Source of the DNA: Escherichia phage Skarpretter
Sequence record: NC_048112.1
Strand: one strand, 5' to 3'
DNA length: 42,042 nucleotides
Shown: piece by piece, positions 8,417 through 18,476 of the stretch
Numbering within the stretch: position 1 is the stretch's first letter
How the letters are laid out: the number at the start of each line of letters is the position of its first letter
The notes under the pieces: generated by a model
What the model saw: only the letters and a program-made list of their open reading frames with translations
Told to the model about the DNA's origin: nothing
The model's database searches: none
Program-made: the position numbers and the translations under genes

Positions 8417-9097
8417 ATGGAAAACATTATTCATTTTTCGGAAACACGCGGCGCGTTTATGGCTGCATTCTTTGAAGCAAAAAAGAATATCGGCGTCATT
8501 GCAAAAAAGCGTGAAAATAAACACCTGAGTAGCAAATATGCAAACCTTACGGACTACCTGGACGCGATCGACTCCGCGATCGAGGATGCCGGGTTAATGG
8601 TTATCCAATCGCCGGGGAAATTCACGGCGGCGGGTGATCTGCCGATGGAAACGCGGATCGAGCATGTGGCAAGCGGTGAATTTATGGTTGCCCAAATGGA
8701 GATCCACGTAGACCGCAAAAACGCCCAGGGCGACGGCTCCGCGATCTCCTACGCTCGCCGCTACCATATCGGCGCATTGTTCGGCCTGTCTGCTGAGGAC
8801 GACGACGGCAACGGGGCCAAACGCAAGGCCAAAGACTACATGAAAGAGTTTGATCTGATCACCGATATCAAAGAGTTGAAAGACGAGGCACGCCGCGCCT
8901 TTATGGCTCTGCGGGGTAACGAGACGGAGCAAAACCTGATCCACACCTACGTGTCAAAACGTGAAGCTGATTTGACAATGAAGGGCGCAACCGGGTTTAA
9001 TCCGGCTCAACCGCGCAACGCTCGCCAGGCCCAAAAAGCGGAGCCAGCGCCAGCGCCAGCGGCGGAAGATAAACCAACACCCCCGGAGAAATTTTAA
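8417..9097 (+). CDS. erf: Erf-family single-strand annealing protein
   Basis: ISYARRY signature of the ERF family; likely ATG at 8417 with GAGGT SD; synteny exo-erf-ssb. Confidence 0.75.
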   Translation: MENIIHFSETRGAFMAAFFEAKKNIGVIAKKRENKHLSSKYANLTDYLDAIDSAIEDAGLMVIQSPGKFTAAGDLPMETRIEHVASGEFMVAQMEIHVDRKNAQGDGSAISYARRYHIGALFGLSAEDDDGNGAKRKAKDYMKEFDLITDIKELKDEARRAFMALRGNETEQNLIHTYVSKREADLTMKGATGFNPAQPRNARQAQKAEPAPAPAAEDKPTPPEKF

Positions 9098-9100
9098 TAT

Positions 9101-9637
9101 ATGGCTACTCGCGGAGTTAACAAAGTGATCCTCGTCGGTAACGTAGGGCAAGATCCAGAAATGCGTTACATGCCCAGCGGCGGGGCTGTCTGCAACCTTA
9201 CGATCGCCACCTCGGAAAGCTGGAACGATAAGCAAACCGGGGAGAAGAAAGAGCAAACCGAATGGCACCGGGTGGTGCTGTTTGGGAAAGTGGCGGAGGT
9301 TGCCGGGGAGTACGTCAAGAAAGGCACCCAGCTTTACATTGAGGGCCAATTACGCACGCGTAAGTGGACGGATCAAAGCGGCGTGGATCGTTACAGCACT
9401 GAGGTTGTTGTAAACGTTGGCGGCACAATGCAAATGCTCGGCGGCAATAAGCAAAGCGCGGCGGGTACTTCCTGGGGGGAGCCTCAACAACCTAGCGGCC
9501 CGGCTCAAAGTGGCGGTAATCGTCAGCGTGCGCCCCGTGGCGGCTCTAACGGCGGTCAGGGCGGTAATCGTCCATCTAATCAGGCTCAAGGCAATAACGA
9601 GCCTCCTATGGACTTTGACGATGACATCCCGTTTTAA
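9101..9637 (+). CDS. ssb: single-stranded DNA-binding protein
   Basis: 178 aa; OB-fold region, Gly/Gln-rich linker, canonical C-terminal tip MDFDDDIPF. Confidence 0.95.
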   Translation: MATRGVNKVILVGNVGQDPEMRYMPSGGAVCNLTIATSESWNDKQTGEKKEQTEWHRVVLFGKVAEVAGEYVKKGTQLYIEGQLRTRKWTDQSGVDRYSTEVVVNVGGTMQMLGGNKQSAAGTSWGEPQQPSGPAQSGGNRQRAPRGGSNGGQGGNRPSNQAQGNNEPPMDFDDDIPF

Positions 9638-9692
9638 CTTTTAACCAGGTGCGGCCCTTCGGGGCCAATCCTCCCAGCCACGAGGCTTGCTA

Positions 9693-10079
9693 ATGAAAAC
9701 GTGCAAAAAATGTGGGGAATCAAAGCCGCTCGATCAATTCCATAACGACAAATCAAAGAAAGACGGCAAGCGGGCGAATTGTAAAGCCTGCCAGAATAAG
9801 CAAACGAAAGAGTATCAACACGGGGCGGGTAAGGATGTTGCCAACGCTTGCAAGGCGCGATACATGAAGAAACACGCCAAAAAGCGCCGGGCGCACATCA
9901 TGGTGAATAATGCGATCCGTGACGGCAAATTACAGCGCGGCCCCTGCGAGGTCTGCGGGGAGATCAAGGCGGTTGCCCATCACGACGATTACGATCACCC
10001 GCTGGTGATCCGCTGGCTCTGTGAGCCACATCATAAAGAATGGCATTGCGCCAACGGTGAAGCCCTCAACCCTGATTGA
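9693..10079 (+). CDS. HNH endonuclease-like protein
   Basis: CKKCG...CKAC and CEVCGE...HHDDY...WLCEPHHKEWH consistent with an HNH zinc-binding nuclease. Confidence 0.55.
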   Translation: MKTCKKCGESKPLDQFHNDKSKKDGKRANCKACQNKQTKEYQHGAGKDVANACKARYMKKHAKKRRAHIMVNNAIRDGKLQRGPCEVCGEIKAVAHHDDYDHPLVIRWLCEPHHKEWHCANGEALNPD

Positions 10080-10132
10080 CGGCGCAACCACTTTTAAGCC
10101 ATTATTAAGTGAATTGATTCGAGGGTGAAGTA

Positions 10133-10342
10133 ATGCAAATTATCATTTTGATCGCCAACGTGCGAAAAGACAAAGGCAAGAGCCAAAGCGACGTGGCAAC
10201 CGCAACTGGAATTGCGGAGCGCCAGTTAAGCCGATATGAAAACCAACACGAGATCCCGAAACTGCCAACACTGGCAAAAATCGCGGATTACCTGGGATGT
10301 ACGATCGAGGATCTTTACGAGGTCAAACAAGCCGGGGAATAA
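10133..10342 (+). CDS. XRE/Cro-like helix-turn-helix transcriptional regulator
   Basis: 69 aa; SQSDVATATGIAERQLSRYENQ HTH signature; followed by strong terminator. Confidence 0.7.
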   Translation: MQIIILIANVRKDKGKSQSDVATATGIAERQLSRYENQHEIPKLPTLAKIADYLGCTIEDLYEVKQAGE

Positions 10343-10346
10343 ATAA

Positions 10347-10372
10347 GGGGCCATAGCGGCCCCTTTTTTTTT
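10347..10372 (+). terminator. rho-independent terminator, likely bidirectional
   Basis: GGGGCC-atagc-GGCCCC followed by T9; lies between convergent HTH gene and tailspike gene. Confidence 0.8.
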
Positions 10373-12620
10373 ATGCCGGAGTAATGAAGGTGATCGGCTT
10401 GGTCGCGGCTAACTGAGTGCCCGCCGCCGTCGCCGTAGCGATAGGGTGAGCAATGTTAATGCGTACCGGGGAGGACGGCACGCCCTGCGAGGTGTTGTAA
10501 GGCCCACGCGTGATCCACGTCTGCAACGCTGCACCGCCAGCGCCAGCGCCCGGAATGGTGATACGGGTTCCCGGCGTTAACGGCTTGCCATACATCCACG
10601 GCGCGGAGGACTTGTTACCATCCCAATCTACGTTGCAATCAACGTAAGTGTTTCCCACGGTGGTTGCCTTGATCTGGAAATCAGCCGTTGCCGGAATGTA
10701 CGCCCCGGACACGGTGACACGGAAAAATTTTCCGTCCGCACGCTGCACCAGATCCCCGCGCTGAAACTCGCGCCCGGTAGGGAATGCGTTGCTGTCAAAG
10801 TTCGGGTAGTTCATTTCGTCCGGCGTCGGCATGGTGTAAATCTGGTTTACGTTCCCCACCTTCACACCGATCGAGCCGTCGATCCCGTTATACTGGCGCA
10901 TATCCGCGTACACGTTGGAGCCGATCGACGTGATGTTTGTATAGCTGCACTGGCTCCAGCCCTGATCCGCAAAGCCGTTTTCGTCGTAGAAATTCACGTT
11001 AATCATACGCAATACGGACTTACCACGGATAAAGCGCCCGTTTGACGTGGTGCCGCCTGCGGAGTCGTTGCCGATACAATCAAAAACGGTGCCCGTAATG
11101 TTGGACATGTTCAGCATTGACGCCACGCCAAAGAGCGTTAACTTGTAACAGCGGATATTTTCAAGGGTGTACGTGTTCGGCGTCACCATGATCCCGTTAC
11201 TGTCGGCGTTTGCTGCCACACCACAATAAACGCGGCCCTGTTTGGTGCTTACGTTGCGTACAACCATATCAAAGCACGGGTTAGACGGTGCGCCAGCGGT
11301 TACGCCCCACTCCAGCATAACAATACGCACATCATGAGGATCGGCGGTGGTTACTACTGGCTCGCCGTATACGCCGTCAATGGTGATCCGTTTGCAGCCG
11401 TAGGCGATCACGGTGGACATGGTAAGCCCGGTGCCGTTCGAAACGTTCTGGTTTGGGTCGCCGTGGATGTTCTCGATCGTACTGTCGCGGGTCACTTCCA
11501 GGTGTAGGATCTGGCGCACGCGGTTTGCAAAGACGTTGCGGATCGCAAAGTTTTTGGCGTATTGGCTGTCTGGAATATCCCAGCCGTAAGGCCCGGCCCC
11601 GGCGATACCGATCCCGATACCCCAGTTTGAGTTGGCGATCGGGGTTTGCCCGTTCACGTTCTCCATGTAGATCCCGTCAATGACGCAACCGTAATCAAAG
11701 TTGGCGTTAACTACGTTAAACTCCAGGCAATCGCCGCCCACATTGTAGAATGAAAGGTTACGGAATACGCCGCGCTGTACGTCGCCGCTACCCTGCATTA
11801 AGAAGCCGAACAAAGTATTTCGAAACTCGGTGTCGGTCAGTTCGAAAGAGTCGTTTGTAGTCGGTGAAGCCTGCGCCACGATCGAGCCTGCTTTAGACGC
11901 GGTTACTTCGCCGTCGATCAGGCAATCCCTGATCCGGTTGTTGCCACCCCAAAGCATGATGCGCAATTTATTGATGATCGCACCTTCTAACAGGATGTTG
12001 GTGATCCGCCAGTCTGCGGTGCCCTGCCAGGTGCCACCCTGGATCGTGATGCCGTCCGCCGTTACGGTGCTTTCAAGTGTGCCCGTCCAGCCATACGCAT
12101 AAACGATCTTTTTGTTGGCTTTGGCGTAATCAAACATGGCTTGAATTGCCGCGCTCGTGGTCGTGTACTCGTCGCGGCTGGTGAAATCCCACGGCGTAAC
12201 GAAACCTTGCAGGCGGGTTTTTAACGTGCCCTCGGTGGTGCCAACGTATTCCCAGCCCGTAGGGGATTGGATCACCTGCCACATTTGCGCCGCGTCGTAC
12301 TCTAACAGGTTGTCAAAGTAGTATTGCAACACGTTCTGGCGGTTATATACCGCCATGCTGCACCCGGTTTGAGTGACAAAGCGGCCTACGCTGCCCTGAT
12401 AAACAGGATAACCGGAGGCATTGATCTTGATCGGCTGCGGGATCGGGGTGAGGGTTAGATCCTCATTCTCCCAATACACTTGCACCTGGTTTGCTGGATC
12501 AACCGGGTTAGTGTCGGGCTTGCCGATATAAATATCACCGTCCGCAATAGCCGCGAATTTATCCACCTGGATAAACGGCGAGGACGGCATACGCACGGCG
12601 GCGTAAACGGTATCAACCAT
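10371..12620 (-). CDS. tailspike protein with P22-type head-binding N-terminal domain and beta-helix receptor-binding domain
   Basis: 749 aa; N-terminal ~110 aa aligns by eye with P22 gp9 head-binding domain (IYIGKPDTNPVDPANQVQVYWENED...SMAVYN vs P22 [25 protein letters not shown]...SMAIYD); remainder Gly/Asn/Thr-rich. Confidence 0.85.
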   Translation of the reverse strand: MVDTVYAAVRMPSSPFIQVDKFAAIADGDIYIGKPDTNPVDPANQVQVYWENEDLTLTPIPQPIKINASGYPVYQGSVGRFVTQTGCSMAVYNRQNVLQYYFDNLLEYDAAQMWQVIQSPTGWEYVGTTEGTLKTRLQGFVTPWDFTSRDEYTTTSAAIQAMFDYAKANKKIVYAYGWTGTLESTVTADGITIQGGTWQGTADWRITNILLEGAIINKLRIMLWGGNNRIRDCLIDGEVTASKAGSIVAQASPTTNDSFELTDTEFRNTLFGFLMQGSGDVQRGVFRNLSFYNVGGDCLEFNVVNANFDYGCVIDGIYMENVNGQTPIANSNWGIGIGIAGAGPYGWDIPDSQYAKNFAIRNVFANRVRQILHLEVTRDSTIENIHGDPNQNVSNGTGLTMSTVIAYGCKRITIDGVYGEPVVTTADPHDVRIVMLEWGVTAGAPSNPCFDMVVRNVSTKQGRVYCGVAANADSNGIMVTPNTYTLENIRCYKLTLFGVASMLNMSNITGTVFDCIGNDSAGGTTSNGRFIRGKSVLRMINVNFYDENGFADQGWSQCSYTNITSIGSNVYADMRQYNGIDGSIGVKVGNVNQIYTMPTPDEMNYPNFDSNAFPTGREFQRGDLVQRADGKFFRVTVSGAYIPATADFQIKATTVGNTYVDCNVDWDGNKSSAPWMYGKPLTPGTRITIPGAGAGGAALQTWITRGPYNTSQGVPSSPVRINIAHPIATATAAGTQLAATKPITFITPA

Positions 12621-12678
12621 TTTTAGTGCCTCATTAATGGGTTAGTGTCACGGGGTAGTGTATAGGCATTTGAGCCAC

Positions 12679-12699
12679 TAAAAAAGGGGCCGTAGCCCC
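12679..12699 (-). terminator. rho-independent terminator after ejection-protein gene
   Basis: Minus strand GGGGC-tacg-GCCCC followed by TTTTTT. Confidence 0.7.
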
Positions 12700-12704
12700 T
12701 TCGT

Positions 12705-15638
12705 TTACTGCTGCCCCTGCGGTTGGCTCTCCTGCGCCTCCTGCGCGTCCTCCTGAGCCGCCGCGCTTAATGGGGTGGCTAACCATCCCATAAGCCCAAC
12801 GCGTGCCACGTTGGCCCGCTGGCGCGGTGTGAGCGATTCGATAAACTCACGGGCCGTTGGTGATTGGCTTAACACTCGCTCGGCGTCTGCCGGGGTGCCA
12901 CCTCTCGCCACGATGCGCACCGCCTGATTTAGTGCGCCGCTGCTCATGAATCGATCCGCCACTTCTATTGCCGCTGGGCGTGCTGCGTAGGCCTGGCGGG
13001 CAACCTCTGCCATGATGTTACCAGCGCCACCCGGTAACATGGTTGCGGCACCCTGTAGCGCCAGCGTACCCAGGCGAGTATTAAACAGGCGATCAAGCGC
13101 CTTATTGCTGCCGCCGCCTAAACGCTTGTCAATATCCGCGATCTTGCCCGTGGCTTTGAAGCCCTCCGCCTCACGGCGTGCCGCTGCGGTGATCTTGGCA
13201 AAGTTGGTTAAACGCTTGTTCACGTCCTCCGGTAAATACCGGGTTAACTCGCCCAACTTGCCACTATTGCGGGCCTCATTGTACCAGCGGGCAAAGCCTG
13301 CAACGTCCAGATCTGCCCCGGTACGTTGACCGCCTTTAAACGCCGCGCCTAATGCCTGGCGGGCAACGTCGCCGCGTAGGCTTTTCGGCGTCTTGTCCAT
13401 CAGTTCGCGGAAGCCTTTAGGATCGCCGCCCGGTGTGCCCAGCTTGCGCACCTCGCCGTAAATGCGATTGGTAACAGATTTTGGACTATCAAGATCTTTG
13501 CCCAGCACTGCACGCATACGGGTTTGAGCCGCTACCCAAAGTTGATTAAGGCGCTTGGCCTGCTGCCAGCGATCCGCCACGCCAAATTGCGCCGCAACCT
13601 GCCCTTGATCGTCGGTGAGGCGGCTGTAAAGCTGGCCCAACAAACGGCGCTCGTTGCTGCCCGTCTGGTAGTTGCTCATGGCGTCACCAACTTTACGGCG
13701 GAGATCGTCGAGTCGGTTAAACGTCGCCCCGCCTACCTTGTCGGATGTAGGCTGCAAACGCTCTAACGCCTCTTTCTCAAGCGGTAGCATCCATTGCTGG
13801 CCTACCTCGTCCGCACGCTGCCAAAGGTGGTTAAGCGAGTTATCAACGCTAACGGGCGTTGCTGGGGGGATCTGTTTCAGCGATTCGCTATACGCTTTCT
13901 CTTTCGCCGCACCCAATCGATCGATCACGTTCTTCGACGTACTGTTAAACGTACTGTCAAAGGTCATATCGTCAACTTTGCCGCCCATATCATCGATCAC
14001 TTTCGCGGCCTGATCCTGCAAAGCGCGGTACTGTTTGCCGAAAGCCTCTTGTGACAAAGTGCCGTCTTTGCTTCGGATGTTCGCCAGCACGTCACGCACC
14101 GATTTATTTTGCATAAACAGGCCCGGCGTGAGGTCGTCCGTGATCCCTAACTCGTCGGCGGCGCGTACCAGATCGGGATCAACGTCCGCACGGCGTGCCA
14201 GGTCAACGGCTGCGGTTGGCGCGGTAATATCGTCAACGGTGGTTGTTGCTGCGCCGGGGCGCTGCGCTGCTCGTGCTGCGTCGCCTACGTCCTGCGCTGC
14301 GCTGTTAACGGCGGTTGCTGCGTCGTCGGCTGCTCCGCCTGCCGCTGGTGCCGGGCGGATTGAATCAACGATGTTACGCACTGCCGGGGCTGCTGCGCGG
14401 GCACCTGCTGCGGCGAGGTTTACGGCACCCTCTGCCACTGGCCCCAGCGCTACACCGATCGCGGCTTTGTCCTCGTCGCCCCCGGAGGCTGCGATCGCGC
14501 CAGGAGTCGCACGGGCTGCTGGTGCGGCGATCCGGTTCTCAACAAATCCACCCAGGCGGGAAAGAATGCTGGCAACTTCGGGGCTTGCAGTTCCGGCAAG
14601 CTCTGCAAGCTCGCGGGCAATGGCTGGGGCACGCGCTGCGGCACCCGATCCGCCTGCTGGCAACGTGGCAAAGCCTGAGATCAGATCAGCGCCCAGGCGT
14701 GCGCCCTCGCTCATATCCTGATCGCCAGTGATGCCCGGAATGCCGCCACGCGGGATCGGGGTGTAGGTGCCGTCACCGATCCCCAATTCGTTTGCGAGCC
14801 ATGCCACGCCGCTTTGGGTCATGTTGGCGAGGTCGATCGGGATGTTTAAAACGTTGGTGCCAGCGCGGGCAAATCCCTTGCCCATATCTGCGAGATCTTC
14901 CCCTAACGTTGTTGGGGGCTGATAGTCAGCATATGGCGACGATTCCGCCCCGGCTGGTTGTGCGGCTGTAGCTGGCTGATCTCCCGTAGCAGTTTGCGCG
15001 GGATCGGCTTGCTGCGGCTCTGCTGGGGCTGCGTTTTCCTCTGCTCGCGCTGGGCTGTAGTCGCCAAACTGATCAAATACGTTACCGCCTGTTTTTGCAG
15101 CGGTGGCGTACTGAGTAGGGTTAGCTGAGTCAGCGCCGTTAGCGCCGCCATTAGTCCACTGGTCGAAACGAGAATCAACATAGTTTGCCCCCTCCGGGCC
15201 GGGTGTATAGCGTCCTTGTAGCATAGCATCAGTGTTGCCTGGGCCATCGTGATATGCTTGTAAAGCGAGACGCCAATCACCATAACGGTTGTACATTTGG
15301 GATAAGTATTGCGCGGAGGCGTCCGCCTGCATAGCAGGATTATTCCGTAACTCGTCTACGTTGTAGCCCATACCCTGCGCCGTGGCGGGCATAACTTGCC
15401 CCAGCCCGATCGCCCCTTTGCTGGAAACTGCACCAGGCTTGCCGCCTGATTCTTTGGACATAAGCGCGGACATTAAGCCCTGGGGAATGCCCCAACGCTG
15501 CCCGGCCTCCTCCATGATTGAGCCGTGATCGCTGCCGTCCGTGGTTGCTGGCGCTGGCTGGTTTGGTAGGGCGCTTACGCGCCCGCCCGGTGCTGCCGCT
15601 GCCACGTCCTGATCAAACTGATCAAATACGTTAGCCAT
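12705..15638 (-). CDS. internal virion/ejection protein with N-terminal lytic transglycosylase (SLT) domain (P22 gp16 position)
   Basis: 977 aa; SLT motifs SKESGGKPGAVS, GLGQVMP, AYHDGPG in first ~180 aa; long Ala/Gly-rich region; last of the ejection-protein series before tailspike. Confidence 0.75.
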   Translation of the reverse strand: MANVFDQFDQDVAAAAPGGRVSALPNQPAPATTDGSDHGSIMEEAGQRWGIPQGLMSALMSKESGGKPGAVSSKGAIGLGQVMPATAQGMGYNVDELRNNPAMQADASAQYLSQMYNRYGDWRLALQAYHDGPGNTDAMLQGRYTPGPEGANYVDSRFDQWTNGGANGADSANPTQYATAAKTGGNVFDQFGDYSPARAEENAAPAEPQQADPAQTATGDQPATAAQPAGAESSPYADYQPPTTLGEDLADMGKGFARAGTNVLNIPIDLANMTQSGVAWLANELGIGDGTYTPIPRGGIPGITGDQDMSEGARLGADLISGFATLPAGGSGAAARAPAIARELAELAGTASPEVASILSRLGGFVENRIAAPAARATPGAIAASGGDEDKAAIGVALGPVAEGAVNLAAAGARAAAPAVRNIVDSIRPAPAAGGAADDAATAVNSAAQDVGDAARAAQRPGAATTTVDDITAPTAAVDLARRADVDPDLVRAADELGITDDLTPGLFMQNKSVRDVLANIRSKDGTLSQEAFGKQYRALQDQAAKVIDDMGGKVDDMTFDSTFNSTSKNVIDRLGAAKEKAYSESLKQIPPATPVSVDNSLNHLWQRADEVGQQWMLPLEKEALERLQPTSDKVGGATFNRLDDLRRKVGDAMSNYQTGSNERRLLGQLYSRLTDDQGQVAAQFGVADRWQQAKRLNQLWVAAQTRMRAVLGKDLDSPKSVTNRIYGEVRKLGTPGGDPKGFRELMDKTPKSLRGDVARQALGAAFKGGQRTGADLDVAGFARWYNEARNSGKLGELTRYLPEDVNKRLTNFAKITAAARREAEGFKATGKIADIDKRLGGGSNKALDRLFNTRLGTLALQGAATMLPGGAGNIMAEVARQAYAARPAAIEVADRFMSSGALNQAVRIVARGGTPADAERVLSQSPTAREFIESLTPRQRANVARVGLMGWLATPLSAAAQEDAQEAQESQPQGQQ
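15066..15085 (-). repeat. 20-bp direct repeat (copy 2), encodes NVFDQF downstream of SLT domain
   Basis: caaactgatcaaatacgtta identical to 15614..15633; coordinates +/-1. Confidence 0.7.
15614..15633 (-). repeat. 20-bp direct repeat (copy 1), encodes NVFDQF at protein N-terminus
   Basis: Identical 20-mer ~549 bp upstream (in gene orientation) of copy 2; the two repeats are in the same reading frame. Confidence 0.7.
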
Positions 15639-16882
15639 TAAATCCCCTCCGGTAAGTAACCGTATTTAGCGCGGAATTGCTCTTTCGTCGCATTGTCCGG
15701 GTTTTTGCGGAGGTAGTCCAGCGCCTGTTGTGGCACGCCACGATCCGCCGCTTCTACTTCGGCCTGATACTGTGCGGCGCGTCCGCCCTGCGAGGAGGTT
15801 AAACCCTGCTGGCGGTCTGCCAGGAATCGTTGCCAGTTCGTAACGGCTTTGCGGATCTGCGCCGGGCTGCTGTTTTCATCCAGCGCCAAAAACGCTTTTT
15901 GATACGCTTCGCCCTCTGCGTTGGAGATCGCGCCGCTGCCTTTGGTCTGCTGGACTGCCAGCAAACGCGCCTGGCCCTGCATCTGCTGCACATCGCGCCA
16001 AAAGTCTTTTTCCGGGTTATTGCCGGGTAGGTTGCGGGCAATCGTGCCGCTAACACCCGTTGCACCTTCTAAAAGCTCCTGGGGCACCTGTAACAGCTTT
16101 TGCGCGTCCTGCATGTACTGGTTAAGGTTCCCGGCCTGCTGGTTGTAGTTCTGGAGAAAGTCGCGCTTTGTGTTCAGGCTGTCGCTCTGCGCTTTCTGCT
16201 GCTGCTGGATCAACTGCTGGCGCTTAATATCGTTGGTTTCCTGCGCGATCTGCGTATTCAGACGATCGTTAACGATGCCCAAATAACGGAGGTTGCGATC
16301 GGCACCTTTCGCGGCGGCGTCGAGATCCTGGCCCCGGATCGTGGTGTTGTTTTTCATCACCTCTTGCGCGTAGCCTAACTGATCCTTTGACGTGTTCGCG
16401 GCAAGGCTCACGGCGTCTACGGTCTGCTTGAACGCGTCCGGGTTCTGCTGGTACTGCTGCCACGCGTCGTTGGGGTCGATCCCCAACTGCTGCAACGCCG
16501 GGGCGCTCTGTTGCAGGAATTGGCCTACCGCCTGCGGCCCCTGCGAAAGCGCGATGTTTGCAGCGTTGGCAACCTGCGCCATTTGACCGGATTTAATATC
16601 ATCCATCAGGCCCAAACGCTCTTTTAACTCCCCGATCATCTGCGGGTGTTTGTACGCCAGATCGGACAACTTCGCCGGGTCGCCTGCTGCCGCCTGCCAA
16701 TCCTGGTTAAACTGCTGGCGCTGCATCTGCGCGGCCTGCGCCGCTTCCAACTGGCGCTGGTTGTTCTGCGTGGTCTGCTCGGCCTGCACGTTTGATAAGG
16801 CGTTGTTATACATCTGCTGGCCCGCTAACACCTGAGCGTTAACGGGGGCCATTACTGAGCCAAAATCAAAGATCTGTGCCAT
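15638..16882 (-). CDS. ejection/internal virion protein (P22 gp20 position)
   Basis: 414 aa, Gln/Asn/Ala-rich; position in P22-like gene order. Confidence 0.55.
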   Translation of the reverse strand: MAQIFDFGSVMAPVNAQVLAGQQMYNNALSNVQAEQTTQNNQRQLEAAQAAQMQRQQFNQDWQAAAGDPAKLSDLAYKHPQMIGELKERLGLMDDIKSGQMAQVANAANIALSQGPQAVGQFLQQSAPALQQLGIDPNDAWQQYQQNPDAFKQTVDAVSLAANTSKDQLGYAQEVMKNNTTIRGQDLDAAAKGADRNLRYLGIVNDRLNTQIAQETNDIKRQQLIQQQQKAQSDSLNTKRDFLQNYNQQAGNLNQYMQDAQKLLQVPQELLEGATGVSGTIARNLPGNNPEKDFWRDVQQMQGQARLLAVQQTKGSGAISNAEGEAYQKAFLALDENSSPAQIRKAVTNWQRFLADRQQGLTSSQGGRAAQYQAEVEAADRGVPQQALDYLRKNPDNATKEQFRAKYGYLPEGI

Positions 16883-17514
16883 TAGACTTGCCCCCCGCCA
16901 AACATGCCCGCAACGCCGTTACCAACACTCATGATCGAGTTAGCGCCCGTCTGCCACGGCAACGCCGCTTTAGCCGCTTTAACCTGGCCCTGGTTGCCGT
17001 ATAGCGTCGCTAACTGCTGGCCCTGCCCGGTGGCATAGCCCGCTAACTGGTTGGACGCCTGCAAGCCCATATTTGCCAGCCCGTACTGGTTGTTAAATTG
17101 CTGCTGCTGCTGGTTGTACATATCCGCCAGATAGTTTTGGCCCAACTGCGCGGTAATCGATCCCAGGCGGTTTTGCATGGTGCTTGATCCCAGGGTGCCC
17201 GTTGCCTCGGCGGACGCTAACGCCTGGCGGTTGGCCTGGTTGCTCATGGTTTGATATTCCGCGCCGCCGTAGTAATCCTGCAAAAGCTGGTTACGATCAA
17301 GCGGGTTGTTTGCAATATCCTGAGCGGACGCAAGCGCGGCGGTGCCGCCCTGAGTGTAAGGCGTTAACAGCGTGGAGGCGGTGTTATAACCTTCTCGCAC
17401 CGCGTCCTTTTGCTGGTTGATCGCCTTTTCTTGCTGGTTCATCGCCTTGTTAGCGCCGATCGATCCGACGATCCCGCCAACTGCGTTTGTAACGCCGCTA
17501 ATTACGCTCCCCAT
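16882..17514 (-). CDS. ejection/internal virion protein (P22 gp7 position)
   Basis: 210 aa, Gly/Gln/Asn-rich low-complexity protein; synteny. Confidence 0.5.
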   Translation of the reverse strand: MGSVISGVTNAVGGIVGSIGANKAMNQQEKAINQQKDAVREGYNTASTLLTPYTQGGTAALASAQDIANNPLDRNQLLQDYYGGAEYQTMSNQANRQALASAEATGTLGSSTMQNRLGSITAQLGQNYLADMYNQQQQQFNNQYGLANMGLQASNQLAGYATGQGQQLATLYGNQGQVKAAKAALPWQTGANSIMSVGNGVAGMFGGGQV

Positions 17515-17893
17515 AAGGTAGCCTCCTCAAAAAAAACACGGTTGCGGTTGTGCCGTCGATTAAGGGCACCTCCTGCGGCTCCGATTCTACAAAGCCGCCC
17601 ATTTTAAGTACAACGTTTTTAACGTGGCGGCGGCTGATCTCAATCGGCACGCGGATCGGCAAGTGCCCCCACTTTTCGATAAATTCCCGGCACATCCTGC
17701 GGCTGTGATGCCGGAAGCCGGGAGCCATAGACATATGCCCATCGATCCCGCCCTCCTCGTTAGGATGCACGCAAAACACGCCCCGGCCCTCAAAGTGCCA
17801 GTATTCAGCGTCCGGCACATCTTCGGGCCATTCAGGAATGCCCCATTCCCGCATAAGTTGCGCCCCTAGCTGGGGGGAGATCCTAACCAACAT
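17498..17893 (-). CDS. hypothetical protein (P22 gp14 position)
   Basis: 131-aa ORF between needle and ejection genes; no recognisable motif. Confidence 0.45.
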   Translation of the reverse strand: MLVRISPQLGAQLMREWGIPEWPEDVPDAEYWHFEGRGVFCVHPNEEGGIDGHMSMAPGFRHHSRRMCREFIEKWGHLPIRVPIEISRRHVKNVVLKMGGFVESEPQEVPLIDGTTATVFFLRRLPYGERN

Positions 17894-17897
17894 TGCG

Positions 17898-18467
17898 TTA
17901 ACTCCCGATCAGGCCGTGGCTAAACAGCGCGTTAATCACGGCGGTTAACAACTGGCGGTTTTCTACTACCGCGTCCGCGATCGCCTGCATTTCTGCCTGG
18001 CTGTATGCCGCACCAACTGGCAAAGCCAGATCCCCGGAGCCGCCCTTTTTGGCTACTCCGGTGTTGTTCGTCCATCCGGGTTGCCGTGGCCCTACTACCT
18101 GCACGCCGTCGATCTGGAGTGGCCCGCCTAACCCCAGCGCACCCAGCAACGTTTGCAGCCCTGCATTACTGGTGCTTACGCTGTCGCTCTCCAGCGTCGT
18201 TACGCGCCCGCTGAGGTCGTTTACGCCCTCCTGTGCTGCGTTGGCGGTATCGTTGGCGGTGTTCGCGGTGTCCTGCGCTCCCGTCGCTGTCTCCTGCGCG
18301 GTGTTGGCGGTTCCCTCCGCCGTGTACGCCGTGCCCTGCGTGCCGTTGAGGGTGTCCAGCACGCGAAAGATAACGTCTTTAAATTCCTGCGGGGTGCCCG
18401 GTGGAAATGACCGGGCGTTTAATAAAAAGCGCGTAGGCTTTTTGGTGGTTGCTACTGGATCAGCCAT
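17898..18467 (-). CDS. tail needle protein (P22 gp26-like)
   Basis: 189 aa; MADP start, GRVTTLE, VVGPRQPGWTNNTGVAKKG (P22 VVGARQTGWTAATGTANKG), C-terminal SQAEMQAIADAV...HGLI (P22 TQTEIQAIANAL...HGLI). Confidence 0.8.
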   Translation of the reverse strand: MADPVATTKKPTRFLLNARSFPPGTPQEFKDVIFRVLDTLNGTQGTAYTAEGTANTAQETATGAQDTANTANDTANAAQEGVNDLSGRVTTLESDSVSTSNAGLQTLLGALGLGGPLQIDGVQVVGPRQPGWTNNTGVAKKGGSGDLALPVGAAYSQAEMQAIADAVVENRQLLTAVINALFSHGLIGS

Positions 18468-18476
18468 AGATCCCCC

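Noticed and set aside
14035-14731. Plus-strand ORFs (228 and 138 aa) inside the 977-aa ejection-protein gene
   Set aside because: Antisense to a well-supported gene in a GC-rich, Ala/Gly-rich region; Ala/Arg/Pro-rich low-complexity translations typical of spurious frames.
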